Source of the DNA: Candidatus Uhrbacteria bacterium
GTDB lineage: Bacteria; Patescibacteriota; Patescibacteriia; UBA9934
NCBI GenBank assembly: GCA_903827265.1
Contig: CAIKHN010000004.1
Location: forward strand, 104,067 to 168,066
Length of the DNA stretch: 64,000 nt
Direction of reading: 5' to 3'
Shown: positions 13,755-22,593 of the stretch, piece after piece
Position numbering within the stretch: the first letter of the stretch is position 1
How the letters are laid out: the number at the start of each line of letters is the position of its first letter
The notes under the pieces: generated by a model
Told to the model about the DNA's origin: nothing
What the model saw: the letters and a program-made list of their open reading frames with translations, nothing else
Databases searched by the model: none
Made by a program: the position numbers and the translations under genes

Positions 13755-14759
13755 TTAATATCGAGTCGAAGGAGGGAAAAGGTGAACGCTGTCAATGTCA
13801 TTCGCACCGGCCAAGAGCATGACCAGCCGATCGACGCCCAGTGCATTGCCGCACGTGGGAGAACGCAAGGATGGTAACGCGGCGAGCAAGTCTTCGTCAA
13901 TTGGGAATACTTCTTTTTTCGCTAACCTTCGCTCTTCGCCCTCAAGAACAAATCTGCGGCGTTGTTCTTCTGCATCGGTGAGCTCGGTGAACCCATTACA
14001 CATCTCCAGCTCTCCGACGAATGCTTCGAACCGTTCCGCGTAGCGTCCATCTGGACTTACCTTCGATAAGGAAGCACACGGAACCGGGTACTCGCAAAGC
14101 ATGAATCGACCGCGAGTGACGATCGTTGGCCAAACAATCGCCTGAAATAATCGATCAATGATTTCGTGGACCGGCTCGTCGAGTGCCGGTTCGGCGACCT
14201 CGAACGTATTGCACGAATCGATGAGGCGCTCGCGATCGTCGTCGTGGGGAACGAATCCGAAAACGTTTTCGAACTCGTCGACGTAACTTACGCGAAGCCA
14301 TTCACCTCCCCCCGACCCCCTCCTTGGTAAGGAGGGGGAGCTTTCACCGAGCACAAAATCGATGAGTTCTCCAGTTTCGATCATGAGGTCGCGATAATCC
14401 TTTCCCTGGTGATACCACTCGAGCATCGTGAACTCGATGCTCCAGCGTTGACCCGGCATTTCGCGATCGCGGAAGACGGGGGCAAGCGTGAAGATTTTTT
14501 CCATTCCTCCACCAAGCAATTTCTTCATGCTGTACTCCGGACTCGTGATGAGTCCCATTCTTGTCGAATGTGCATTCGGTCCGTCGGTGTGAACATCAAC
14601 GGCGAGTGGCGACAAGTTTGGTTCCATCCCCGGCGACTTCACGACGATCGGAGTGACGACTTCGATGTATCCGCGCGATCGAAAGAACTCGCGAATGCGA
14701 TCGGTCGCCGTGTTCCAGAGTTGCGCGCGAAGTTCGAGGTCAGATTTGGAGAGAGACAT
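13755..14759 (-). CDS. epmA: EF-P lysine aminoacylase EpmA (GenX/PoxA)
   Basis: LITSPEYSMKKLL, EFTMLEWY, AERFEAFV, GNALGVDRL; LysRS catalytic domain only; adjacent to efp. Confidence 0.92.
   Translation of the reverse strand: MSLSKSDLELRAQLWNTATDRIREFFRSRGYIEVVTPIVVKSPGMEPNLSPLAVDVHTDGPNAHSTRMGLITSPEYSMKKLLGGGMEKIFTLAPVFRDREMPGQRWSIEFTMLEWYHQGKDYRDLMIETGELIDFVLGESSPSLPRRGSGGGEWLRVSYVDEFENVFGFVPHDDDRERLIDSCNTFEVAEPALDEPVHEIIDRLFQAIVWPTIVTRGRFMLCEYPVPCASLSKVSPDGRYAERFEAFVGELEMCNGFTELTDAEEQRRRFVLEGEERRLAKKEVFPIDEDLLAALPSLRSPTCGNALGVDRLVMLLAGANDIDSVHLFPPSTRY
14303..14340. repeat. REP-like palindrome inserted in frame within epmA
   Basis: Perfect stem CCCCCTCCTT-GGT-AAGGAGGGGG; translates as SPSLPRRGSGGG. 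Confidence 0.7.
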
Positions 14760-14805
14760 ATGTGAGAAACAAAAGAATGGCTCATCGCCACTCTCTTGTT
14801 ATCTA

Positions 14806-15036
14806 TTACACGATCACGAATGGAAGCAATGCGATGATACGAGCACGCTTGATTTCGTTCGAGACTTCGCGCTGGTGTTTTGCACACACACCACTTCGCT
14901 TGCTTGCAACAATCTTTCCGAATGAGGAAAGGAAGCGCTTCAAGACTTCAGTGTTCTTGTAGTCAATCACCGTATCGCGGTTCACACAGAAGTAGCAGTA
15001 ACGTTCTGCCTTATTGTTTGCTGATGGGTTTGCCAT
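14806..15036 (-). CDS. rpsR: 30S ribosomal protein S18 (Zn-binding type)
   Basis: CYFC...IDYKN...LKRFLSSFGKI...CAKHQR...IKRAR.IALLPF. Confidence 0.97.
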   Translation of the reverse strand: MANPSANNKAERYCYFCVNRDTVIDYKNTEVLKRFLSSFGKIVASKRSGVCAKHQREVSNEIKRARIIALLPFVIV

Positions 15037-15051
15037 AAATTATATAGATTG

Positions 15052-15174
15052 AAAACTTTCACATTTGAGGCTAGTTTCGATGAACGGCGAGTAAAGTTTC
15101 CGAGGTGTACTTCGTGGTACATCGAGGAAATTTACGAAGGCGTGAGTCGAAAATAGACCAAATGGGGAAGTTTT
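15052..15174 (+). repeat. Long imperfect hairpin with tandem G.A mismatches
   Basis: Terminal arms AAAACTTTCACATTTG / CAAATGGGGAAGTTTT; three GA/GA internal loops. Confidence 0.7.
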
Positions 15175-15632
15175 TAGAATGGAATGTCTTCGAGTTTGAT
15201 TTCGTCATCTGGATTCGCAGCAGGTTCATCGGCCATTGCTGCGGCACCAACGCTCATTGGAACAGCACCAGTATTTGCGCCACCGGCCATTGGGCTTCCG
15301 CCACGATCAAGCATGATCATGTTTTCAGCAACAATTTCCGTGCGGTACTTCTTTTGTCCGTCTTGGCCTTCCCAGTCGCGGGTCTGCATGCGGCCGTCAA
15401 CGTACACTTTTTTCCCTTTCACCAAATACTGCGCACAAATCTCTCCCAATTTTCCCCACGCAACAACGTTGTGATAATCAGGTTGATCTTTCTTTTGCCC
15501 GCTCGCATCGGTATAGACGCGATTGGTTGCAAGAGAGAAGGAGCACACTGACTGTCCACTCGTCGTTTTGCGGAGCTCGGGATCTCGAGTGAGATTTCCG
15601 ATTAACATGGCCTTATTGAGCGAGTTTGCCAT
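15174..15632 (-). CDS. ssb: Single-stranded DNA-binding protein
   Basis: LNKAMLIGNLTRDPELR; C-terminal DIPF. Confidence 0.98.
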   Translation of the reverse strand: MANSLNKAMLIGNLTRDPELRKTTSGQSVCSFSLATNRVYTDASGQKKDQPDYHNVVAWGKLGEICAQYLVKGKKVYVDGRMQTRDWEGQDGQKKYRTEIVAENMIMLDRGGSPMAGGANTGAVPMSVGAAAMADEPAANPDDEIKLEDIPF

Positions 15633-15653
15633 AGGACGAAATCGATTCGAGAC

Positions 15654-16145
15654 TTAGATATTTTTCAGAATATCAGAATCGAGGATTTGGTCGAGCTTGT
15701 CGTTGAGTTCTGCCGTGGACATCTTTGCCTTTTCTGCGGCAGCAGCCTCACCTGGACGCTCGGTACGCGTACGTGGAGCGTCTTCGCGCTCGCCTGCTCG
15801 GCGACCTTCAGCATTCAATGGCGGCTGGTACGACGTCATCTTGAATACCGTTGCTGGAATTCCTTCTGGACGAACAATGATGATATGACGAAGGACGTCG
15901 TCGGAAAGGCGAAGATCTTGGTCGATCTTTGCAACCTTTTCGCCAGCGACATCGACGTACGAAAGGATGTACGTTCCGTAGCGAACTTTGTCGATTGGGT
16001 ACGCCAACTTGATTTTACCCAAGTTTGTCGTCTTCTTTACTTCTGCACCGGATGCGGTGTAGATCGCTTCAATCTGCGTCACCACACCATCGATCTCAGA
16101 ATCTGAGAACTTTGGCGGAATAATGGACATGATCTCGTAGATCAT
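15654..16145 (-). CDS. rpsF: 30S ribosomal protein S6
   Basis: YEIMSII...GKIKLAYPI...VLRHIII; rpsF-ssb-rpsR operon. Confidence 0.95.
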   Translation of the reverse strand: MIYEIMSIIPPKFSDSEIDGVVTQIEAIYTASGAEVKKTTNLGKIKLAYPIDKVRYGTYILSYVDVAGEKVAKIDQDLRLSDDVLRHIIIVRPEGIPATVFKMTSYQPPLNAEGRRAGEREDAPRTRTERPGEAAAAEKAKMSTAELNDKLDQILDSDILKNI

Positions 16146-16344
16146 AGGATTTGCTCGCCACGTCGTTCGCGAACAACGTGGGACCCAATGGGCCATGGAC
16201 AAGAATAAGTGCGAAGACTGTAACGGAACAGACCCTTTACGTCAAGCCAAAAAACTGCTAACCTCAGCTGTCCGTTACGCTCGCCAGTTCTGGCTGATGC
16301 GCAACGCGATTCCCGTCCTTTCACCCTCAGGTTCAGGAGCTCCA

Positions 16345-17958
16345 ATGGCCCAGAAGCAGTCCTACGTCCCGATGTACACGCCCGATCATACGCTCGAAAA
16401 CGGTAAGTACCGCCTCGTGCGCCTTCTCGGCCACGGTGGCTACGGAGAGGTCTGGCTCGCAACCGATACGGCCAACAACAGCAAAGTCGCAATCAAGGTC
16501 AAGCAGTGGACCATCACGAGCACCACGACGATTGGCCGATTCGAAGACGAATGCACCGTCGCAATAAAGCTCGGAAAGTCCCCGTACATCGTCCAGGCAC
16601 GGAGTTTTCTCCGGTGGATGGAAGGGGAACGCGAGATGATGGCCATCGTGTATGAGTACATCGAGGGCGGGAAAACCCTTCGCGACTACATGGATGCCAG
16701 TCCGCTCACCGAACTTGAGGCGCTTCGCATCGCATGCATCATTCTCGAAGGACTCATCGTCGCGCACGCGAACGGTGTGATCCATCGAGATTTGAAGCCG
16801 GACAACGTCCTCATGGACATGACGACGAATCCTCCGACCCCCATGCTTGCCGACTTCGGCACTGCGGCGATTTCGCATGAAAGCGGCGATCGCAGAACTC
16901 ACGTGCAAACGCAGTTCGGAACGCCTGCGTATGTCGATCCTATCCAATGGCTCGACGTTCGCAACGCCACACCGCGATCGGATCTCTTCTCGCTCGCAGT
17001 CATGCTCGCCGAAGCCGTCGGGGTTGATTCCCTGGCGGCAAATAGCGAGGTCATGACGTGGATGAACGAGGGTCGCCGAAAGGCATGGGTGTGTTCAATC
17101 GCGAACCCGCACATCGCCGACATCGTTCTCAAGGGAACGGAAAACGAGCTCATCGACGGCGACATCGTCGTCCGTCGGTTCGCCTCGGCGCGTGAAATGC
17201 TCGACGCCGTGAAAGACGCGGCGGTGAAAACCAGTCAGTACAAAGTTCCGAATCCGCTCGAGACCTACGTCGCTGACGAACCAGACATCCCCGAGCCGCC
17301 CCCGAGGCAATGGATCAAAGTCGTCTCTGGCGTCGTCGGACTCCTCGCGGTCGTCGGAATCGGTTCGCTGTTCTTGCCGAAGGAACAGCGGGACGCGCCG
17401 GAACCCGTAACGGTGGTGACAACGGTAGAAACACCGATCGTCGAACCGCCAAAGCCAGAACCGGTGATCGTCACGGCAAAACCCGTGGAGCTACCGAAGC
17501 CCGAACCGTCTGTCGAGATGCCGATCCCCAAGATCGAAGTCACGCCAGTGGCGAAGGTGGAAGTGAAACCGAAAGCGGAGCCGAAACCCGAACCCAAACC
17601 CGAGCCGAAGCCGGAACCGAAGCCCGAGCCACCAACGCCAGAAGTGGCAAAAGTGACGACGGCATCGGCAACGATCACCGCTCACCCGGCAACGGCGAAG
17701 GTCGGCGACGAAGTGAAAGTGGAGGCAAAAATCTCCATTCCGGACGGCGCAACGAGAAAAGACGTGAAGCTCTACTACAAAGGTGAGGATGGCGCGTTCC
17801 AGAATGTGACCGCAACGGTCAACGGCGATACCGCAACGGCAACGTTCAAGGTAAACGCCACGTTCGGCGCATCGGCATCGTACAAATTCGATGTTCGACT
17901 GGAGGGCGAAAACAAAGCCCACTGGAGCGCATTGGCCACGACGGCCATCACGCAGTGA
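16345..17958 (+). CDS. Membrane-anchored Hanks-type Ser/Thr protein kinase with Pro-rich linker and C-terminal Ig-like domain
   Basis: LGHGGYGEV, VAIK, HRDLKPDN, DFG, GTPAY, SDLFS; TM; (PKPE)n; AGGAG-5 nt-ATG. Confidence 0.92.
   Translation: MAQKQSYVPMYTPDHTLENGKYRLVRLLGHGGYGEVWLATDTANNSKVAIKVKQWTITSTTTIGRFEDECTVAIKLGKSPYIVQARSFLRWMEGEREMMAIVYEYIEGGKTLRDYMDASPLTELEALRIACIILEGLIVAHANGVIHRDLKPDNVLMDMTTNPPTPMLADFGTAAISHESGDRRTHVQTQFGTPAYVDPIQWLDVRNATPRSDLFSLAVMLAEAVGVDSLAANSEVMTWMNEGRRKAWVCSIANPHIADIVLKGTENELIDGDIVVRRFASAREMLDAVKDAAVKTSQYKVPNPLETYVADEPDIPEPPPRQWIKVVSGVVGLLAVVGIGSLFLPKEQRDAPEPVTVVTTVETPIVEPPKPEPVIVTAKPVELPKPEPSVEMPIPKIEVTPVAKVEVKPKAEPKPEPKPEPKPEPKPEPPTPEVAKVTTASATITAHPATAKVGDEVKVEAKISIPDGATRKDVKLYYKGEDGAFQNVTATVNGDTATATFKVNATFGASASYKFDVRLEGENKAHWSALATTAITQ
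17569..17630 (+). repeat. 12-bp coding tandem repeat (PKPE)n
   Basis: CCGAAACCCGAA-type units encoding PKAEPKPEPKPEPKPEPKPEP. Confidence 0.85.
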
Positions 17959-18029
17959 CCACACGCGGCGGCCCGGGAGTGATTCCGGGCCGCCCTCGCG
18001 TTTTCTTTATACTGGCAGTATCCTTCCCC

Positions 18030-18060
18030 CTACTGCCAACTGTCTACTCCCTACTGCCTA
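18030..18060 (+). repeat. Heptamer tandem repeat (CTACTGC), about 4.4 copies
   Basis: CTACTGC CAACTGT CTACTCC CTACTGC CTA. Confidence 0.7.
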
Positions 18061-18073
18061 TTTTTCCCCCAAT

Positions 18074-19255
18074 ATGCAAACCTTCGCCATTCTTGGCAGC
18101 CATCCAACGCTTTCCCTTGCCGAACTCGCCGTCGTCACCGGTCAAAAACCAACACAAACCGTTGGTGACGTTGCAATTTTCGATGACATGAACGAGAACC
18201 TCGAAGCACTCAATGCAAAACTTGGTGGCATTCAAAAAATTGGCGTCGTCATCGGGTCTGTCCCAACCTGGAACCACGCCGACCTTGCAGAGTTCCTTGT
18301 GAATGATCTTCTTTCCGAATCTCCTGAAGGCAAAATCCATTTTGGAACCAGCGTTTACAGCCTCGGCAACAACAGCGGTACAGAGAACGCGCGTCGCAAC
18401 GCATCAAAGCTCGGCATGGAAATCAAATCCGAACTTCAGAAAGCCGATCACCCGGCACGCTACGTCATTTCGTCGTCACCAACTCTTTCATCGGTGGTCG
18501 TTACAAAAAACCATCTCCTCGAACGCGGTGCAGAATATTGCTTCTTTGTAAGTCAATCCGAAATCCTTATCGGCAAAACCGTCGGTGTACAAGATGTTGA
18601 TGCTTGGGCCGGTCGCGATTTTGGTCGTCCACGTCGCAATGCAAAGCAGGGAATGCTCCCACCAAAACTTGCGCGCATGATGGTGAATCTTTCCGGCGCC
18701 AATGTCACAACGTCAACGGTGATGGATCCATTCTGCGGATCAGGAACCATTCTTATGGAAGCAGCACTCCTCGGCGCACAAGCACTCGTCGGCAGCGATA
18801 TCAACGCAGAAGCAACAGCAGACACCAAAGAAAATCTGGAATGGATGCGCAATCAGGGAATGCCGATGCCATCATACAAACTCTATCCAAACTCGGCGCA
18901 AACCGTCAGCCCAAATCTGAAACCAGGATCCATCGACGCGATTGTCACTGAAACGTATCTTGGTCGGCCGCGCAAAGGTACAGAGACACATCGCGAAGTC
19001 GACGACGCCGTTTCCTACGTCGCGAACCTCTATCGTGAAGCATTCTCCGCTCTCGCACCAAGTCTCCGCTCCGGTGCCTCGCTCCTCATTGCCGCACCGG
19101 TTCATACATTCGAAGGCAAAGACATCGCATTCGATGCTCGCACGATTCTCGAACCTCTCGGCTACACACACTCTCCACTTCCCTACGAACCTGTTATCTA
19201 CCGCCACGAAGGCCAACTGGTCGGTCGAAGAATGTGGAGGTTTACGAGGAACTAA
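18074..19255 (+). CDS. Trm11/TrmG10-like SAM-dependent RNA methyltransferase
   Basis: GMLPPKLARMMVNL, MDPFCGSGTILMEA, GSDI, DAIVTE. Confidence 0.85.
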   Translation: MQTFAILGSHPTLSLAELAVVTGQKPTQTVGDVAIFDDMNENLEALNAKLGGIQKIGVVIGSVPTWNHADLAEFLVNDLLSESPEGKIHFGTSVYSLGNNSGTENARRNASKLGMEIKSELQKADHPARYVISSSPTLSSVVVTKNHLLERGAEYCFFVSQSEILIGKTVGVQDVDAWAGRDFGRPRRNAKQGMLPPKLARMMVNLSGANVTTSTVMDPFCGSGTILMEAALLGAQALVGSDINAEATADTKENLEWMRNQGMPMPSYKLYPNSAQTVSPNLKPGSIDAIVTETYLGRPRKGTETHREVDDAVSYVANLYREAFSALAPSLRSGASLLIAAPVHTFEGKDIAFDARTILEPLGYTHSPLPYEPVIYRHEGQLVGRRMWRFTRN

Positions 19256-19258
19256 AAA

Positions 19259-19588
19259 TTATTCATCAAAACCAAGAAGTTCATGCAATCGCGCATGGAC
19301 TTCTTTTCGATATCGCGGTTCGAGCACTCCAAGTTTTCCGATAGCGCATTTTGTGTCTAATGTTGAGAGCTTCGAAAGACAAAGAACGGAATTGATACGC
19401 AATCCATTTTCCACCGATTTTGAAACTGACACATCGTACAGTGATTTTCGCAGAAGATTACTCGTAAGAAAGGCGATGATCATGTCTCCACGTTTTTCGC
19501 TCACGAACAATACAACCGCAGGGCGTACTCTTTGCCCTGAAAGATCAGAAAACGGAAAAGGCGTTAAGACAATATCCCATCTACGCAT
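19259..19588 (-). CDS. PemK/MazF-family toxin
   Basis: WDIVLTPFPFSDLSGQRVRPAVV...NGLRINS...KLSTL. Confidence 0.88.
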   Translation of the reverse strand: MRRWDIVLTPFPFSDLSGQRVRPAVVLFVSEKRGDMIIAFLTSNLLRKSLYDVSVSKSVENGLRINSVLCLSKLSTLDTKCAIGKLGVLEPRYRKEVHARLHELLGFDE

Positions 19589-19832
19589 ACACTTCCTGCA
19601 AATCATCTTTCGAATACAAATCCGGTTCGTCTTTCAAGAAATCGAAGCTCGATGAGTTTGCATTAATATTTGTAATATCACTCACGCTCGGATTGTAATG
19701 CTCTGGAAACTTAATGATGATCGCGTCATGGCGACTATGCCGTCCAACGACAAAGATCTCGTTAGAGTGCTTAACTTCATCGAGAATGTGTTTAATGTTT
19801 TTTCGCGCAACCGTAGTGCTGACGACTTTCAT
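19581..19832 (-). CDS. Antitoxin with Phd/YefM-like N-terminus and acidic FDFLKDEPDLY tail
   Basis: VSTTVARKNIKHILDEV; upstream of and overlapping the toxin gene. Confidence 0.75.
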   Translation of the reverse strand: MKVVSTTVARKNIKHILDEVKHSNEIFVVGRHSRHDAIIIKFPEHYNPSVSDITNINANSSSFDFLKDEPDLYSKDDLQEVYA

Positions 19833-19957
19833 ATGTACAGAATGTACAAAACTCTAATCGAATAGTCAAGGTCTATAAACCCAACGCCCCGCTGACTCTC
19901 AGAGCCGCGGGGCGTTGACTGTTTTAACAAATCTGAGACGGACCAACGGACGCGTTT

Positions 19958-20305
19958 CTACGAAACCAACTTCACCTTAAACGCGACCAGTCCCTTTTCA
20001 TTCATCTCCCCCGGCGTGTAGTGCGTCATTAACTGCTGAATGAACTCGAGCTCGTTTGCGTAGTCACCTATCTCGGAGAGAGTGATCTTATCGAGAAGTC
20101 TCTGGACATTTGTAAACGGAACCTTCTCCTCAACGATCATCGGCAAGCGTTCCTCGAGCTCTGGTCGTTTCATGAATACGATCTCGTCGCCGACGCCAAC
20201 ACACTTTCGCTTATCATCATTTAATCGAACTTCCCACGTTTTCTTTCCAGCTTTCAAAAGTTCGAACGACTTCTTTTCCAAGCGCATCACCACAGAATTT
20301 GCCAT
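19958..20305 (-). CDS. ASCH/PUA-domain protein
   Basis: FELLKAGKKTWEVRLND...VGDEIVF. Confidence 0.85.
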   Translation of the reverse strand: MANSVVMRLEKKSFELLKAGKKTWEVRLNDDKRKCVGVGDEIVFMKRPELEERLPMIVEEKVPFTNVQRLLDKITLSEIGDYANELEFIQQLMTHYTPGEMNEKGLVAFKVKLVS

Positions 20306-20317
20306 AGTCGGTTCAGT

Positions 20318-21394
20318 TTAGACGTTCACTCTAAAATGGCACACGTCGCCATCCTGCATAGTGTATTCCTTTCCCTCAATCCGTAGTTTACCAGTATCGC
20401 GAGCACCAGACTCTCCGTTGCACGCAACAAAGTCTGAATACGAAATAACTTCAGCACGAATAAAGTTTTTCTCGAAGTCAGTATGGATGACCGCAGCCGC
20501 TTGTGGCGCTTTTGTACCAACCAAAATTGTCCATGCACGAGTTTCCTGAACACCAGTCGTGAAGTACGTGATGAGATTCAAAAGCTTATAACACTCGCGA
20601 ATCACACGATCGAGTCCGGATTCTTTCAATCCAATATCTGCCAAAAACATTTTGGCGTCTTCTGGAGAGAGTCCCGCAATCTCGGCTTCAATCTTCACCG
20701 AAATTGGAATCGCCATGCGCGTTGGTCCAAGTGGCGATACCCAATCTGCTCGCGTTGCATCGGCCTCGTCGACGTTCACAACGTAAAGAATCGGCTTTGC
20801 GGTAAGGAGCGACATCGTTTTCATGAACTGTGCCTCGTCGTCAGTAAATTCAACGCTTCGCGCAAGTTCACCTTTCACAAGTGCGGTCTGCAACTTCTCG
20901 AGTGCCGATGCTTGTGCAACAAGATCGGCGTTCTTCCCTGCTTTCATCTTTCCCGTTACAGTTCCGAGCATTTTTTCGACGGTCGACAAGTCTGCCATTG
21001 CGAGCTCGAGCTCAATCACCTCAACGTCGCGCTTTGGATCGATCGATCCATCGACGTGAACGACGTTCGAATCCGGAAACGCGCGAACGACGTGAACAAT
21101 CATGTCTGTCTCGCGAATGTTCGCAAGGAACTTGTTCCCGAGGCCCTCGCCTTTGTGCGCGCCTTTAACGAGACCAGCGATATCGACGAACTCGATCGCA
21201 GTCGGAATCAACTTCGTGGTTCCCGAAATCGCCGCAAGTTTTGCGATACGCTCATCAGGAACCGCAACCGTTCCGACATTTGGCTCGATAGTACAAAACG
21301 GAAAGTTTGCGCAGTCGACCTGTTTTTTTGTAAGCGCAGTAAACAACGTCGATTTCCCGACATTCGGAAGCCCAACAATTCCAACATTCAGCAT
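20318..21394 (-). CDS. ychF: Redox-regulated ATPase YchF
   Basis: GIVGLPNVGKSTLF, NFPFCTIEPN, DIAGLVKGAHKGEGLGNKFL, TGS domain. Confidence 0.98.
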   Translation of the reverse strand: MLNVGIVGLPNVGKSTLFTALTKKQVDCANFPFCTIEPNVGTVAVPDERIAKLAAISGTTKLIPTAIEFVDIAGLVKGAHKGEGLGNKFLANIRETDMIVHVVRAFPDSNVVHVDGSIDPKRDVEVIELELAMADLSTVEKMLGTVTGKMKAGKNADLVAQASALEKLQTALVKGELARSVEFTDDEAQFMKTMSLLTAKPILYVVNVDEADATRADWVSPLGPTRMAIPISVKIEAEIAGLSPEDAKMFLADIGLKESGLDRVIRECYKLLNLITYFTTGVQETRAWTILVGTKAPQAAAVIHTDFEKNFIRAEVISYSDFVACNGESGARDTGKLRIEGKEYTMQDGDVCHFRVNV

Positions 21395-21427
21395 AGAGAG
21401 AAAAATTATGCGTAGCCTACTCTCAAA

Positions 21428-21456
21428 TTGACTTTTTCGCAATTTTCGGCTACGGT
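21428..21456 (+). promoter_or_regulatory. sigma70-type promoter for the caspase-like gene
   Basis: TTGACT-17 bp-TACGGT. Confidence 0.55.
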
Positions 21457-21516
21457 TAGCCCTCCCATTCATGGGAAATCGTGCCGGATCACAACTTCCA
21501 GGAGGCTTCGAAAGCC

Positions 21517-22593
21517 ATGCTCGCTCCTTTCATCCTCATCGTCCTCTCCGTCTTCCCCGCCCTCGCCAACGACAGCGTTCAGACGAACGCGATCGTCGCC
21601 TCGCCGTTCGGCGGCAACCCCGAACTGTCGGTGCTGGCCATCGTCATGACGTGCGGTTCGCATTCCGCGTCCTTCGAGACGACGGAACATGCGCTCCGGG
21701 AACGGAACGACACCGCGATCATCACGGTGGAGAACCCGACGTCCGCGGAGCTCATGAAGGAGCTCGACGACGTTCGCGTCACGCTCGACGGTGCCCAGTT
21801 CGGCAAGGTGCTGTTCCTCTATGAAGGGGACGCGCAAGGCGGCGACACGAACGACGAAACGCTCGGGTGCGCCGAACCGATTGTGTTCGCGGACGTCATG
21901 GAACACCTGAAGCCGCTCGGCACGTCGGCAATCGCCATCTTGGATGCGTCGCAAGCCGACTTCGGCCCGACCGCCAACGACTGGCGTGATGCCGGAATGC
22001 CCGGATTCGCAATCAGCAGCGGACCGGAAGGAAAGAAAGCCGCGGACGGCCTCATGGCCGCGTTCGCGGAAACCATGAAGGCGAGCAACGGCGGAACCAT
22101 CACGATGGGCGACCTCGTGATTGGTCTGCGGACGCGAGCGCCACTCCTCGAGCTGGCGTTCTCGACTGGAGTGAATCTCAACGACGGTTGGACGAACAAC
22201 CCCGGACGGCAAATCTTCCCCGGTGGAGGAGTCATCGCTCCTCCAGTTGTGCCCGTGCCGCTTCCGACGGTGGCCGCAACGCCACCCAAGAAGAAGGTTC
22301 CGACGGGATGTGCCGTCGCCGGCGCTGGCGTGCTCCTCGAGATTGGTGCCGGTGTGTTCGCCTTCGAGGCAAACACGAACTACACCGCACTCGTCGACTA
22401 CAACGAGAACGGCAACGAAACGCAGGAAGAGCTCCGGAGCGCGACCGATGGGTACCATGTCGACCTCGTGGTCGCCATCACCTCCGGCGTGATCGGGGGC
22501 GCGGCGATCGTCAGCGGGACGTGGATGATCCTCAACCACAAGGTAGAACTCAACGTCGCCCCGGGCGCCGCGGTGCTTCACGGGACGTTCTGA
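21517..22593 (+). CDS. Secreted/membrane caspase-fold (C14-like) protein, probably catalytically inactive, with C-terminal TM hairpin
   Basis: Signal peptide; VLFLYEGDA (cf. LFYFSGHG), AILDASQ (cf. ILDACH), GGTITMGDL; ends ...VLHGTF; AGGAGG SD. Confidence 0.65.
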   Translation: MLAPFILIVLSVFPALANDSVQTNAIVASPFGGNPELSVLAIVMTCGSHSASFETTEHALRERNDTAIITVENPTSAELMKELDDVRVTLDGAQFGKVLFLYEGDAQGGDTNDETLGCAEPIVFADVMEHLKPLGTSAIAILDASQADFGPTANDWRDAGMPGFAISSGPEGKKAADGLMAAFAETMKASNGGTITMGDLVIGLRTRAPLLELAFSTGVNLNDGWTNNPGRQIFPGGGVIAPPVVPVPLPTVAATPPKKKVPTGCAVAGAGVLLEIGAGVFAFEANTNYTALVDYNENGNETQEELRSATDGYHVDLVVAITSGVIGGAAIVSGTWMILNHKVELNVAPGAAVLHGTF

